Shown: positions 45,081 through 55,851 of the stretch, piece after piece | Numbering within the stretch: position 1 is the stretch's first letter | Layout: each line of letters starts with the position of its first letter | Origin: Barthelona sp. PCE | Lineage: Eukaryota | NCBI GenBank assembly: GCA_040285745.1 | Contig: JAUFOR010000003.1 | Coordinates: forward strand, 1,240,001 to 1,304,000 | Direction of reading: 5' to 3' | DNA: 64,000 nucleotides | The notes under the pieces: model-generated | What the model was told of the DNA's origin: nothing | The model's database searches: none | The model's input: the letters and a program-made list of their open reading frames with translations, nothing else | Translations under genes and position numbers: made by a program

Positions 45081-48000
45081 ATGCCATTCTTTGAAAACAG
45101 GTGGCTGGAATTCAAGACACACGGGGTGTGCAAGCACGACTTTGCTGCAAGAGCCTCAGGTCAGCTGAGCCTGAACGTAGGAGATCATGTTACAGTTTTA
45201 AAGCGATGCGACGATTGGTTTTTCGGGCACCTGCGCGAAGACACGTCGCTCAGGGGTGTGTTTCCTGCAAGATTGCTTAGCCATAGTGATGAACATTTCC
45301 AAGCAGAGACTGGAGAAGCGCTACTCCACGTCGGAGAAATGCGCACAGCACAGGACACGCTGCTGTATGAGCACCCAATAATCGAGGAAATCAAGAAAGT
45401 TCTCAAGGAATGGAGAACTGCCTTGCATAGTAGCTATAACGAACTCCTTGAAGCCCAAACCAACGAGTCCTCACCACAAATATGCAACACGCTGCTCATG
45501 AGATACCGTAGTATCTCTCAGCATATATGCCGCCTCGTCTCCCTCCGCAGACGTTATCTTTCACCATTAGCAAACGCAAGGATGCGTAGAGACATTGCCT
45601 TCGACATAGTCAACGAGCTGAGTCAGGGATCAAAGGTGCTTGGTCTATCACTAACAGCGAGAAACGCCAACGGAGATGTAGCTGACGTTGACACTTGTAC
45701 GTTTCCGTATCTGTACTCTATGTATTACTCTCTTCAGGAGGAATCTGTGATATCACAATTTGTCATACCTCCATCATTAAACAGCAGAGAGAGTATAAAC
45801 ACTTTAGACGTTAAGAATGTTTTTTCGAGTAGAAATGATTTACGTGCTTCACGAAGGAGTATGTTTCTCTTCCCTACACAGGCTAGTCAGGCAATTACAA
45901 CCGCACCAACCAATAAGAATCAGGTTCTAGCTCTGTCACCTGCACGTAGTATGCGTACAATTGCAGAACCTTTTGATATCAGCCCTGAGGGAGATGCTGT
46001 TGCTGTACAGATCACAATCACTTCGCTTGATCTTGAGGGTTTACCTATCGACTTCTCATCACAGTCAATTGAAATATGTGGTTTCCTGTATGATGTCGAT
46101 CAGAAAGAAACATTGACTGAAGCTTTCAGCGTTCCTTTATTAACAAGTGGTCTTCCTGAACCTAGACGACTGTCCTCGTTTGTGTTCACCTCAGTACCGG
46201 CACAGAAGCTTGGAACCGGGCTTCAGCTTATTCTCAGAGTTTATAAATCCGTACCCAGTGGCCCCGTTGGCAACACCCGCTGGCCGCTTGGTATCAGTAT
46301 ATTCTCAATAACAGAGTTTAGAGACCAACTTTCCTGTCGCCATATTGATACATATCTGGGTGTACAAGATGAGCACTCAAACGAGAGTTTTGGTGTACTT
46401 CACATGCAGTCCGGTAAGTCACCAAAGTATTTTAGTGGTAGGGGAGTTGGTGTTACAATATCATGCAGTCAAAAAGGAGCATCAGAGTTTATCAACGAGG
46501 CAACAGAAACGGGTGCGGTGTGCCGTTGTCTACGATCATCAACAGTTGATGTCGATCGTAGTGATGTTTACGTCACGTTAATGTCTGCTACTCTCCCGAA
46601 ACCGCCTGGCAAAAAGACTGCAGCCAATTGCATTGGACTTGTACAGATCGTACCTAACAATGAGCAGATGTACAACCCACAACAGCAAATGGATATTTTT
46701 AAGACTTCCATCACTGAAGACTACGGTATTCTACCATTCACAGGTGAAAAAGTGTCTTCTCAATACTGTCTTCCTGTGTACTATCACAATCAGTCCCCGT
46801 TGTGGAACGAGACTATTAAGATTGTACTACCTAGCAACTTGGATGAAGGTTTCCATCTCCGAATTTCGTTCTTCCATTATTCATCTTCCCGCGGTCTTTC
46901 GAGCCCGTTTTGTGTTGTTTCTCTCCCAATCACCATGTCTAGCGGTCTTCTCGTATCTACTTTGGGTATCCTTGCTTGGCCCCTCAACACTTTCAACCCG
47001 AATGGGAATGTCGACGATATTCCCACTACTCAGGGTCTTCTGGAAGACGCTGAGGCCACAATATTCGCGTCGGAATCCCTCTCTGCTGATGCGAACACCC
47101 TTCAGAATGCTGCTGTCGATAAGTTCGCCCTAATTGGTGGAATGCACGTACTCTCGAGTCGATTAACCACCGACCCTGTTGTCCACGCGCTACACAGATG
47201 GCGCTCCCTTGAAGATAAGGAGCTAGCTACACTCATGACACAGCTCAAATCTCCGGAGTATGTTGTTGCCTTAGCTGACACATTGGTTCCCTCAATTGAT
47301 GCCCTCGCAAACGCATCTGAAGCGTTTCTCCCCGATTATCTCATGCAAACGCTGGAAAGTATGTTTGAAAACCCCACCAAGGAAGTGATCGACAGTATTT
47401 TTCCTACAATTCTTAGTTCTATATCAAAGACAAACGAGGTCTGCTTCACATCCATTGATGTCATCATTACGTTATTGAGTGAGATATTTGGCGATTCTAA
47501 TTTTTTGGTGGATTTTCAGATTATTTTTAATCAGTACCTCAACAACACTTTTTCAAACGAATTTCCTCTATTTTGGCTTTCAGCCATCATTTACATGATC
47601 CGTTTATTCAATAGAGCACTCGTTAGTTACAGCTATCCCTTCAATCTAATGAGTTGTTTCTCAAAGCTGTTTAGTTTATTGGAAAAGAGCTTCTTATGCT
47701 TCAGGAACCAACTTCCCAATCTACCTGGTGTGTTTGACAGTGTCAAGCTGTTGGCGCGAAACCTCATCACCCACGTATTTGTTGAAGCATTCAAATTGAT
47801 TAATAAGGATGACACGAATATCGAGATTTTTGGAGAGTTCCAACGCAAAATGATGCATTCTCTTTCGATAATCGTTGCAAATAACCTGGGTGAGATCTTT
47901 AATAATACCCAGAGAGCTGAATTGGGAACAAGATTACTGACAGCAATTGAACTGGGCAATGCCAAGCTTAATATTGGTAAAGTACAGGCTTCGTCACAGC

Positions 48001-50660
48001 TTCTAACGTGTTGTGTGACCCCAAAGGCACAGAACATCCTCATTCCAGTTATAATTGAGTTTGCAGTGGGCATGCTCTCCAAGACTGATTTGTTGAGTTT
48101 TCCCGTTGAAAATGTGATGATACCGCAATTTAACGTCAGTATTTCTCTCGAAAACAGGAACTGTAACCTTGAAATAATCGTTTGGATGTTACTGCTCGAT
48201 GTTCTTCACATTCTTTGTTCTGCAGTAAGCCCTGGTCTCGGAACACACCTTCCAGTTGCAAGAGACCTCTCGTTCGGCATCAGCAATATCCCTCTATCGC
48301 AGGACGAGCTCCGTGAACTGTTGTTTTTGCCAGTCAACAACATTAATGTTATGACTGCGCGCATCATCGATGTGGATGGACCTGCTGATGGAATCTCCCA
48401 GCTGCGCAACCAGCTTGCAGCGGTGAGTATCCTCACTCTGCTGCATCTCACCCCCAAGGCAATGCTTTCAGCCATCGTTGCAGAATCATGCCTCCGTAGC
48501 ACCATTGCAAACTTCACAGACTCTCTTCTGTACTACACTGTCAAGTTCTGTGTGCAATTCCTGAAGCTTCAGCCCATTGCTGATAACTGGACGGTTTTCT
48601 TCGTTCGATCCATAGAGGTTGTATTTAGTACACTAAGTCTATGTAGAGAACTCTTGGGCGAGCATTTGCTGACATGGTATCGTAAGACAAGACCGGAAGG
48701 TTTTCAATTCAATGATGCAATTCATATCATTAGTCCGAGTGATGAAGCTGGAGAGTGGTATGAGATACCAGGAATTCCATTCGATAACGTTCTATTTGTA
48801 CCTTTTTCGATCATTGAGTGCGTTTTGCTTTTGCTTCGTATTTGCGAAATAACCAAAATAGACGAATTTTTACCGCATTTCGAGGAACAGCTGTTTAATT
48901 TTTTTGTTGACTTATGGCTATTCTTAAACGATTCTCTACGTATAGTTTTTGCTGAGCTCATTCTTCCAAGAGTACTCTACTTCGTCTCAACAAGGAACAA
49001 TAGATTCATCCCTAACATGGTTAGTATCATAATAGATATCATTGAGTTAGAGTATAAATTGACAGCGAAGTTAGATAGAACCCAGTATCACTTCTTGCAG
49101 GCAGCGCATATTTACTTCAAGAGCCAAAGCTTTGAGGGTATAATTGAGGATAAACTGCTCCCGCTCTGTGACACCAACCAGTTTTTGGCTGCTGGTCGAC
49201 CTGTGTTGGAGGCATCCCTCAAGCTTATTCAAACGTTGCGCTCGATATCGACGCAGGTCCCATCTGATGCTACGTTTGACGGCTTAGTTAATGGGTTGGA
49301 GGAACTGCTCGCAACGCTTCGAAAGGTTGGACACCGAGATCTATACAGCAAGTATAGTGTGAAGCTCAGTGAGCTGTTTGTATCGCAGGGTTACCTCTCA
49401 GAGGGTGCCAATGTACTTCTGAGATACTCAGATATGATGGATCGAGGTAATGAAGAGAAGGAGAAAATCATGCACAGAGCTGTAGAGCTTTTGAGTATGG
49501 CACAGCGCTACGAGCAGGCAATTGTACGCCTCAACGAACTCCGTGACTACTATCTCAACGGCTTCAAGTTCGAGAAAGCTGCAGAAACGATTACCAGACA
49601 GGGTGAACTCACAGCACGTGTAGCTGGTTTGCGAAAGTTTGGATCGTTCTATCGCGTCGATTTCCTTGACAGTATTAGCTGGGACGGAATGAGATCAATG
49701 GTTATCGCCGGTAGACCAACTGATATGGCTGGAAATATCGAACGTCTACTAAAGCAAAGATTTCCGCAGGCCAGCGTGTGTACGAGCGCGTTGTCGAGGT
49801 TCGACGAGGAACCGACTGATAGTATGATTGTACATCCACTGTTACCGTGTCACTTTGACAATATAGATGATCTTAGAGCACACCTTCTCTGTCCCTGGCA
49901 GCGCGTCAAGGCGCAGAGCCATGATGATAACACGATGGCATGGGAACATCTTACTGGCGGAATGTGGGGATTTAGCAAAGATAGCGCCATGGATGACCCG
50001 TATGAAAACCTTCGCCCTATTGTTGTTGATGTGTCTCAGTTGGCACCCCCGTCTGTGCAGCAGTACAACAAGAATCAGAACGTGAGAAACTTCTTCTGGA
50101 AGGTGACTCGCTCAAAGAAAGAGCGAAAGACAACGCAGTCAAAGCATCTTACGACAACAACCGAAATCTTCTTGTATACTACAAAGGAGGCATTCCCGCA
50201 CATCAGGCGCTACTCTGCCATTGATACAGATTGCTCGCAGACGTGTATCTTAGGCCCTGTCGAGTCCGCAATTCTGAGGATGACGGATCCGATCACAGAC
50301 CTAAGAAAAGCATACGCGACACATATTTTGAGAGGAGAGGCAAATCTCCTTGAGATGCAACGTCTGCTCAACTCTTACCTCATGGCTGCAGTTGGTGGTG
50401 GTATAGGTCAGTTGTTTGATGTTTTCTTCACTCGATCATTTGTGATCAGCCATGCAGAGGAAATTTCTAATTTGCTGAAGCTCAAAGAGAGCATTTTCTC
50501 ATTTCTTCTTATTGCTGAGGAGGTTCTCAATGTTCTTAGTCAAAAGGCTGAGGGTGGTACAGCACAGCGCATGGCTGAGGTATTCACAGAGCAGCTGGAC
50601 ATTGTGAAACAGACGTTCATGACTCATGTTGAAAATATCACTGATCTCATCATAAATTAA
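45081..50660 (+). CDS. DOCK-family Rac/Cdc42 GEF (SH3 + DHR-1/C2 + DHR-2; DOCK-A/B type)
   Basis: N-terminal SH3 (HDFAARASGQLSLNVGDHVTVL...WFFG...GVFP). DHR-1 VYYHNQSPLWNETIKIVLP...HLRISFFH. DHR-2 GPVESAI...MAAVGGG...VFF. Confidence 0.85.
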   Translation: MPFFENRWLEFKTHGVCKHDFAARASGQLSLNVGDHVTVLKRCDDWFFGHLREDTSLRGVFPARLLSHSDEHFQAETGEALLHVGEMRTAQDTLLYEHPIIEEIKKVLKEWRTALHSSYNELLEAQTNESSPQICNTLLMRYRSISQHICRLVSLRRRYLSPLANARMRRDIAFDIVNELSQGSKVLGLSLTARNANGDVADVDTCTFPYLYSMYYSLQEESVISQFVIPPSLNSRESINTLDVKNVFSSRNDLRASRRSMFLFPTQASQAITTAPTNKNQVLALSPARSMRTIAEPFDISPEGDAVAVQITITSLDLEGLPIDFSSQSIEICGFLYDVDQKETLTEAFSVPLLTSGLPEPRRLSSFVFTSVPAQKLGTGLQLILRVYKSVPSGPVGNTRWPLGISIFSITEFRDQLSCRHIDTYLGVQDEHSNESFGVLHMQSGKSPKYFSGRGVGVTISCSQKGASEFINEATETGAVCRCLRSSTVDVDRSDVYVTLMSATLPKPPGKKTAANCIGLVQIVPNNEQMYNPQQQMDIFKTSITEDYGILPFTGEKVSSQYCLPVYYHNQSPLWNETIKIVLPSNLDEGFHLRISFFHYSSSRGLSSPFCVVSLPITMSSGLLVSTLGILAWPLNTFNPNGNVDDIPTTQGLLEDAEATIFASESLSADANTLQNAAVDKFALIGGMHVLSSRLTTDPVVHALHRWRSLEDKELATLMTQLKSPEYVVALADTLVPSIDALANASEAFLPDYLMQTLESMFENPTKEVIDSIFPTILSSISKTNEVCFTSIDVIITLLSEIFGDSNFLVDFQIIFNQYLNNTFSNEFPLFWLSAIIYMIRLFNRALVSYSYPFNLMSCFSKLFSLLEKSFLCFRNQLPNLPGVFDSVKLLARNLITHVFVEAFKLINKDDTNIEIFGEFQRKMMHSLSIIVANNLGEIFNNTQRAELGTRLLTAIELGNAKLNIGKVQASSQLLTCCVTPKAQNILIPVIIEFAVGMLSKTDLLSFPVENVMIPQFNVSISLENRNCNLEIIVWMLLLDVLHILCSAVSPGLGTHLPVARDLSFGISNIPLSQDELRELLFLPVNNINVMTARIIDVDGPADGISQLRNQLAAVSILTLLHLTPKAMLSAIVAESCLRSTIANFTDSLLYYTVKFCVQFLKLQPIADNWTVFFVRSIEVVFSTLSLCRELLGEHLLTWYRKTRPEGFQFNDAIHIISPSDEAGEWYEIPGIPFDNVLFVPFSIIECVLLLLRICEITKIDEFLPHFEEQLFNFFVDLWLFLNDSLRIVFAELILPRVLYFVSTRNNRFIPNMVSIIIDIIELEYKLTAKLDRTQYHFLQAAHIYFKSQSFEGIIEDKLLPLCDTNQFLAAGRPVLEASLKLIQTLRSISTQVPSDATFDGLVNGLEELLATLRKVGHRDLYSKYSVKLSELFVSQGYLSEGANVLLRYSDMMDRGNEEKEKIMHRAVELLSMAQRYEQAIVRLNELRDYYLNGFKFEKAAETITRQGELTARVAGLRKFGSFYRVDFLDSISWDGMRSMVIAGRPTDMAGNIERLLKQRFPQASVCTSALSRFDEEPTDSMIVHPLLPCHFDNIDDLRAHLLCPWQRVKAQSHDDNTMAWEHLTGGMWGFSKDSAMDDPYENLRPIVVDVSQLAPPSVQQYNKNQNVRNFFWKVTRSKKERKTTQSKHLTTTTEIFLYTTKEAFPHIRRYSAIDTDCSQTCILGPVESAILRMTDPITDLRKAYATHILRGEANLLEMQRLLNSYLMAAVGGGIGQLFDVFFTRSFVISHAEEISNLLKLKESIFSFLLIAEEVLNVLSQKAEGGTAQRMAEVFTEQLDIVKQTFMTHVENITDLIIN

Positions 50661-50712
50661 ACTGAATAAAGAATCATTGTTTACTATGGACAAAGTGATT
50701 ATCAAACATCAA

Positions 50713-51654
50713 CTAGTTACCAAATATGTCAACATCTTCATAAGTGAAGTGCACATATGGTGAGACGCTGCTTATTAAATAGAAATCTGTAACCATATCA
50801 GCGTTCGGGTATCCAACGATAATATCACCGCCATCCCTGACGATAGCCTCGAAAAGATCACCGATATCACCACTTTTGAGTGCTTGCATGTGCTTAACTA
50901 GAGATACGTAAAAATTCAAAATACGCGGATCGTTTGAATCCAACTTCTCGTACTCATCATAATAGAAAGAAAGGAAATTACGCTTGATCAAGAACTCCTC
51001 TGCATCAAATCCCTTCATCCTTGAGAAGGCATCCTGCACAAAATCTTGGCAATTATGGCTACTCCAGATGCTTCCCCCATCATGTTTCTCGGTTCCAAAC
51101 AGGTAGTACCAGCTGTAATCCGACGTCATTTCAGGCACTGTTTCTAACACAAACTTAACGAAATCGCTCATCTCAATTGTACCAACATATTCCTTAACAT
51201 CCCAGTTATCCCAGTCGTATTTCTCAGTAGTCCTAATATAACCATCGAAATCATACTCTACGCGCCCAGTATCAAGCTTGGGGATAAAACTACCAGTGAA
51301 TGATTTGGCAAGAAAATCACATAGATAGCCAAAATCTCCGGAAGGGGATTTGAAAACTATACCACCATGGTATGCATTTAAGGATGAAAAAAGCATACTA
51401 AACTTCGGATTGCTCTTCATTAAGATACTTTTAACATAGTAAACATCAAGCAATGGAGTGTTGTCTTTTGGCTGACAAGTTCTAGTTGAGTGTGAACAAG
51501 TATCACAAACGCCCATACAGTCCATATCACTCAAACAGCCCAAATTACAAGAACCTAACTGATCAGCATGAACTGAAGTTGTGAAAGAAAGTAAAAGCAT
51601 TGTAATACAGAATATGTTAAAGTTCATTGAACCAAAAATCTTCTTTTCGGCCAT
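50713..51654 (-). CDS. CLN5-like secreted/lysosomal permuted NlpC/P60 enzyme with an N-terminal 6-Cys knottin
   Basis: Signal peptide, then YHGGIVF, YVGTI...F..FV, YYLFG and WSSHNCQDFVQDAF, which parallel CLN5 HDAIGF...VATI...YYETW...FDSYDCSKFVLRTF. Confidence 0.7.
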   Translation of the reverse strand: MAEKKIFGSMNFNIFCITMLLLSFTTSVHADQLGSCNLGCLSDMDCMGVCDTCSHSTRTCQPKDNTPLLDVYYVKSILMKSNPKFSMLFSSLNAYHGGIVFKSPSGDFGYLCDFLAKSFTGSFIPKLDTGRVEYDFDGYIRTTEKYDWDNWDVKEYVGTIEMSDFVKFVLETVPEMTSDYSWYYLFGTEKHDGGSIWSSHNCQDFVQDAFSRMKGFDAEEFLIKRNFLSFYYDEYEKLDSNDPRILNFYVSLVKHMQALKSGDIGDLFEAIVRDGGDIIVGYPNADMVTDFYLISSVSPYVHFTYEDVDIFGN

Positions 51655-51863
51655 TTATAAATTCTCAAACCCAAAAAATAGGCAAAACAAAAAAAAGAAA
51701 GGTAAGAAAAGCTAAAACAACAAATTGTGGATTAAAAAGTCTACAACCTTATAAAAGGGGCCAAATGATGGATTTTAATCGGATAATAAGTGGTTAAGAA
51801 AGGAATCAAGAAGTAGATCTTGTTATTAGGTTTTTATCCCCATTTTCAACGTAAAGGTCAAAA

Positions 51864-53289
51864 ATGCAGCCAAAAGTGATCCCAGCCTCGAAGCTGACCT
51901 CGCTTCTGAAGAACAACACCGCCTCAGTAATCACCTCTTCAAATTTGAAACAAATTCGTAAAGACATTGTTACTAAGAAGGAACGTGACCTGAGCAGAAG
52001 TCAAGAGCTCGACAAGGCAGATATGGAACGTCAAGCAGACCTCGAACGCTCTCGCAAAATTCGCGAATTCGACGATAATAGAAAGCAAGATGAACTGTTT
52101 TTTGAAGTATGAGTAGTGTGTACCCATGTTTCCTAACATTTAGAAGGAAGATCGTGTCAAAAAAGATCAAATCCGTTTACAAGCCGATTTTTTAATGGAA
52201 GAACAACTAGATGAGGTCAAATCTATGAACTCTCGTATTATGGAAGCAAAGTGTATGACCGTTAGGGCTAAGCAAATTGAGCAAAAGAAGATGCTGCGCG
52301 AAATGGAGAGGCAGCGTGAACTTGAGCTTGATCGCATGATGCTGTTGCATGCTGAGCAGAAGGAGAAGGAGCGTCGTATCCATGATAAGAATTTGGAGCA
52401 GAGCCGTTACCAGGGAGCTCGCGATATTCTTCGTCAGCTTGATGTTAAAGAAGAGCGTAGAAGAAGAGCTTTGGAGCTTCAAGAAAAGGAGCGTTTGGAG
52501 CTCATTGAGCGTCAGAAGCAACTTCTTGTAGAGGAGCAGGAGAAATTGGCTCAGAAGGAAGTTGAAGCCAGAAAGCTCCGTGAAACCCTTGATGAAGCTA
52601 ACCAAGTAAGCATTCTCACCAAGGAACAGCAGCGCCTGCTTGAGATCGAGGAAGACCGTAAAATTGCTGAGTATCAGTTGCAAAAGGATGAACAACTCCA
52701 GCGTTTGGAACAAGAGAAGCTCGACAGACAACGTGAGAAGGATCTTGAGTATGCCCGCCTTCGTTCTAAGCAAGAAAGATTTAATGATCGTCGTGCAGAG
52801 CTTGATGCCTTGCTTGCTCGACGTGTTCAAGAAGAAGTGGCTCGTAAGCGTTATGACGAGGAATTAAACAACAAGGCCAAGAAGAAGAAGGAACTTGATG
52901 ATATTCTTCAAATCAGAGAGATGCAGATAACTGATAAGAAGCTTCGTGCTGCACAAGCTCTTCGACAAAACCAAGATATGTATAATAACATTGCTGAAGA
53001 GAGAAACCAGAAGTATGCAGAGGCTGAGCGTGTGAAGAGTCGTCTCGAGCAGGATGCTATGAACAATCGTCAAGTTGTTGAACAGCAGATTAAGGAGAAA
53101 GAAGCACAGAAGGCTCAACTAAGGGAATTGAATAGACAGGAAGGTATGCAATTCGCCCAACAGAACGATCGTTATAAGGAACGCTTAACAAAAATCAAGG
53201 ATAGAAAGATTAATGAAATGGCAAAGAATGATGTTCCTGAATACTTTTTGTCAGATCTGAAGCGTTTTTCTCTGGAACCCAGAAGGTAA
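51864..53289 (+). CDS. CFAP45: Cilia- and flagella-associated protein 45 (CCDC19); two exons (51864-52106, 52144-53289), 462 aa
   Basis: EEQLDEVKSMNSRIMEAKCMTVRAKQIEQK, EKDLEYARLRSKQER...AELDALLARR and C-terminal VPEYF. Exons join in frame. Confidence 0.85.
52107..52143 (+). other. Spliceosomal intron, 37 nt, in CFAP45
   Basis: GTATGA...CCTAACATTTAG, phase 0. Removal fuses ORF 51864 with ORF 52195. Confidence 0.92.
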
Positions 53290-53356
53290 ACGGTGTTTCA
53301 GAATGTAGCAAGACTTTGTAAAATGCAAGCATTTTTTGGGCCTAATTCATCATTTG

Positions 53357-54016
53357 ATGAGCAAAGATACGACTTCTGACAACAAGAGGACCTATCTGAG
53401 CTCTGATATTCCACTTTCAGAACGTGAAATTGAAATGCAGGAAAAATTTCTTGAACGAGCCGATATAGAGTGGGATATGAGTCTTTCAAATATGCGAAAG
53501 CGAACTAAAATTGCGTTTTATCCACCTGCACGGGTTTTTTTATATGAAGGCTCATCTAGTAACATTATTAAACATCTAGATGCAAGCAAGATTGTCCATC
53601 CACTTCTTGTGTATCATCTTGTTGAACGTGGCATCGCATACGTCGAAGTTATGCCAGAAGAAGATGTTTTAACATTGCAAGAAACATTTTGTCTAGTTTT
53701 ACAATCTCCAATATTAAAATATTATCGGAACAATGATTTGGCTATTGATCTTCTTGCTTTTTTCTCCAGAATGTTTAAGGAAGGTAGTACTCCAAAACTT
53801 TTACATTCAAATAGAGACTCTGAGATTGGCTTTGATATTTATCATGTTTCTAATCACCGAAATACCTCATCTATGGTTATGGTGAGCCATAATGGATCGA
53901 TTCCATCTCCTGTGACACTCTATCAACTAGGTTTTAATATTGATAAAATTTTCTGCTTTAAAAACGCTGGTCTTCTATATTCTAATGCCCAATTCGTTCA
54001 TTTTGACGTTCAATAA
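53357..54016 (+). CDS. Probable tRNA-splicing endonuclease subunit Sen54-like protein
   Basis: VHPLLVYHLVERG...LTLQETFCL...LAFFSRMFKEG...IGFDIY resembles the Sen54 pattern L.P.EALYL.ERG...LSLQEAY...Y..L...GY...FDVY. Confidence 0.45.
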   Translation: MSKDTTSDNKRTYLSSDIPLSEREIEMQEKFLERADIEWDMSLSNMRKRTKIAFYPPARVFLYEGSSSNIIKHLDASKIVHPLLVYHLVERGIAYVEVMPEEDVLTLQETFCLVLQSPILKYYRNNDLAIDLLAFFSRMFKEGSTPKLLHSNRDSEIGFDIYHVSNHRNTSSMVMVSHNGSIPSPVTLYQLGFNIDKIFCFKNAGLLYSNAQFVHFDVQ

Positions 54017-54267
54017 ATGTGTTTATCTTTTTTCATGTTTCAACTATGTCATATAGACCATAAAATTTGGTATCTTTCCCACCAGTTAATTAACAGCCTT
54101 GTTCATCAATGTTTGTGGTACATCAACATAATACAAGCGTGGAAGTGCACCATAAAGATACATTCAATTTTGGCTCACTGGTTTCTGCATTATCGTGTTC
54201 TTCATTATCCGTTTTTTGCTGAACACCATCACCCCACCCCTACACATCACCGTTACAATACATACAT

Positions 54268-54642
54268 ATGACAAGAAAATCTAAACGAGCACCAGCACCA
54301 CGTAAGAAGAATCCGGGACTTCCCACAGCATTTGAGTGTCCAAATTGTCACGTAGGCGACAAATTCGTTGTTCTCCTTGAGAAACAGAAGAAAAACAAGG
54401 TGTCAATTGTTGCCAAAGCCCGTATGGCTACTTTAAAGTGCAAATCTTGTAATTTTGAGGCTAAAGAGTCATATAGAAGCTACGAACATCCAGTTGATAT
54501 CTACACAAGGTTCTTAGATCGACTCAGAACTGCAAAATCAGAGTCTTCAGAAAGGTATGATGATTATGAGAGCGAAATCCCTGAACCCACTGTTAGATTG
54601 AATCCCAGAAGCCATCTGCATCTGCTTGAAGACGATGAATAG
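54268..54642 (+). CDS. ELF1: Transcription elongation factor Elf1/ELOF1
   Basis: Basic N-terminus RKSKRAP, zinc ribbon LPTAFECPNC...CKSC, and PVDIYTRFLD. Confidence 0.85.
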   Translation: MTRKSKRAPAPRKKNPGLPTAFECPNCHVGDKFVVLLEKQKKNKVSIVAKARMATLKCKSCNFEAKESYRSYEHPVDIYTRFLDRLRTAKSESSERYDDYESEIPEPTVRLNPRSHLHLLEDDE

Positions 54643-54975
54643 GGTCTTCTACTATTCTTTAGGTATATTATGAAATAAATAACGTTAGATTATGTTCTAT
54701 TTATAATATTGAAGTGTATGGGACTAGATGACGTTTTCTACCAGCTAAATTTGTGTTGTTAACAAGAGTGTTTAACATTAAGCGTGTTCAAAAAACAACA
54801 GGTTTTTTGTAAATTGTATTATTACAAATCCACAAACCAACAACCATATTATACACAATTACAACTTGTTTTTCGTTCATTAAAATCATATATTTCACCC
54901 AGAACTCGTTTTTGCTTTTATCCATTTCTACTTCGATTTTTCTCTTTATTTTTGCATAAACATAGGTTTGGGAAT

Positions 54976-55827
54976 ATGGACGATATGCACAATTCAAAAC
55001 TTGCACTTCAAAACACTCTACGCCAGATTAATCTAAGTTTTAACGGGGAGAAAACCGCAACAGCCATAAAAAAAGACTCAATGCTGTTCACAAACACAAA
55101 AATGATCAGAGAGAGAAACATAAATAGTCCAAAGCTGCGGATACCGCAAAAAAAGAATAATTTACCTGAAGTCGATCGCGATGTTCTTGAACGTTTCTTC
55201 TATGAAAATGACACTGATGGAGACGGCCGTCTCGTCGTAGAGGACTTATATAGGGTTGCTAAGCAAAGCAAATTGACGTATTTAACTGATGACCTAATGG
55301 AGGATATGTTTCAAAAAGCAGATATGGATGGTGAAGGTTATCTAACGATATTTGAGTTAAAGAAACTGGTTGCTGTCAACTTAAATTCTCCTCAAAATTT
55401 ATTATTTAGAGATATTTTAAGTAGTTTATATTCCAATGTGTTTTTAGCACAAACAGAAGAGAAAGAACAACCAAAGATAAAAGCAAAATATGAACTGGAT
55501 GAGGATGTCAGTTATAAACCAGACTTGTCATTAACAAAGCCAATTAGCAAGACAAGAAATGTATCATATAGAAATACTAGATTAAAGAATTTAGAGACAA
55601 CCAAAAAATATCAATATAATAGTTTGAGAGATGAACCTCTGTCTGTGTCGTTGGAGTGTAGTGTTTTGTCAGCAGCAGGAAAAAAGAAGTTAAAGAGGAA
55701 GGTTGAAGCTGAAGTTTTTGAGGAAGAAACAATTATTAATAATAAGATTGAGAGCTCTGAAGAGGAGGGGAAGATACTCGTTACTTTTGAAGCTCAGAAA
55801 ATCTTTAAACAAATGCATGGCTTGTAA
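54976..55827 (+). CDS. EF-hand protein
   Basis: Two EF loops, DTDGDGRLVVED and DMDGEGYLTIFE. First ATG at 54976. Confidence 0.7.
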   Translation: MDDMHNSKLALQNTLRQINLSFNGEKTATAIKKDSMLFTNTKMIRERNINSPKLRIPQKKNNLPEVDRDVLERFFYENDTDGDGRLVVEDLYRVAKQSKLTYLTDDLMEDMFQKADMDGEGYLTIFELKKLVAVNLNSPQNLLFRDILSSLYSNVFLAQTEEKEQPKIKAKYELDEDVSYKPDLSLTKPISKTRNVSYRNTRLKNLETTKKYQYNSLRDEPLSVSLECSVLSAAGKKKLKRKVEAEVFEEETIINNKIESSEEEGKILVTFEAQKIFKQMHGL

Positions 55828-55851
55828 ACCATTTTTTTTCACTTTTTATTA

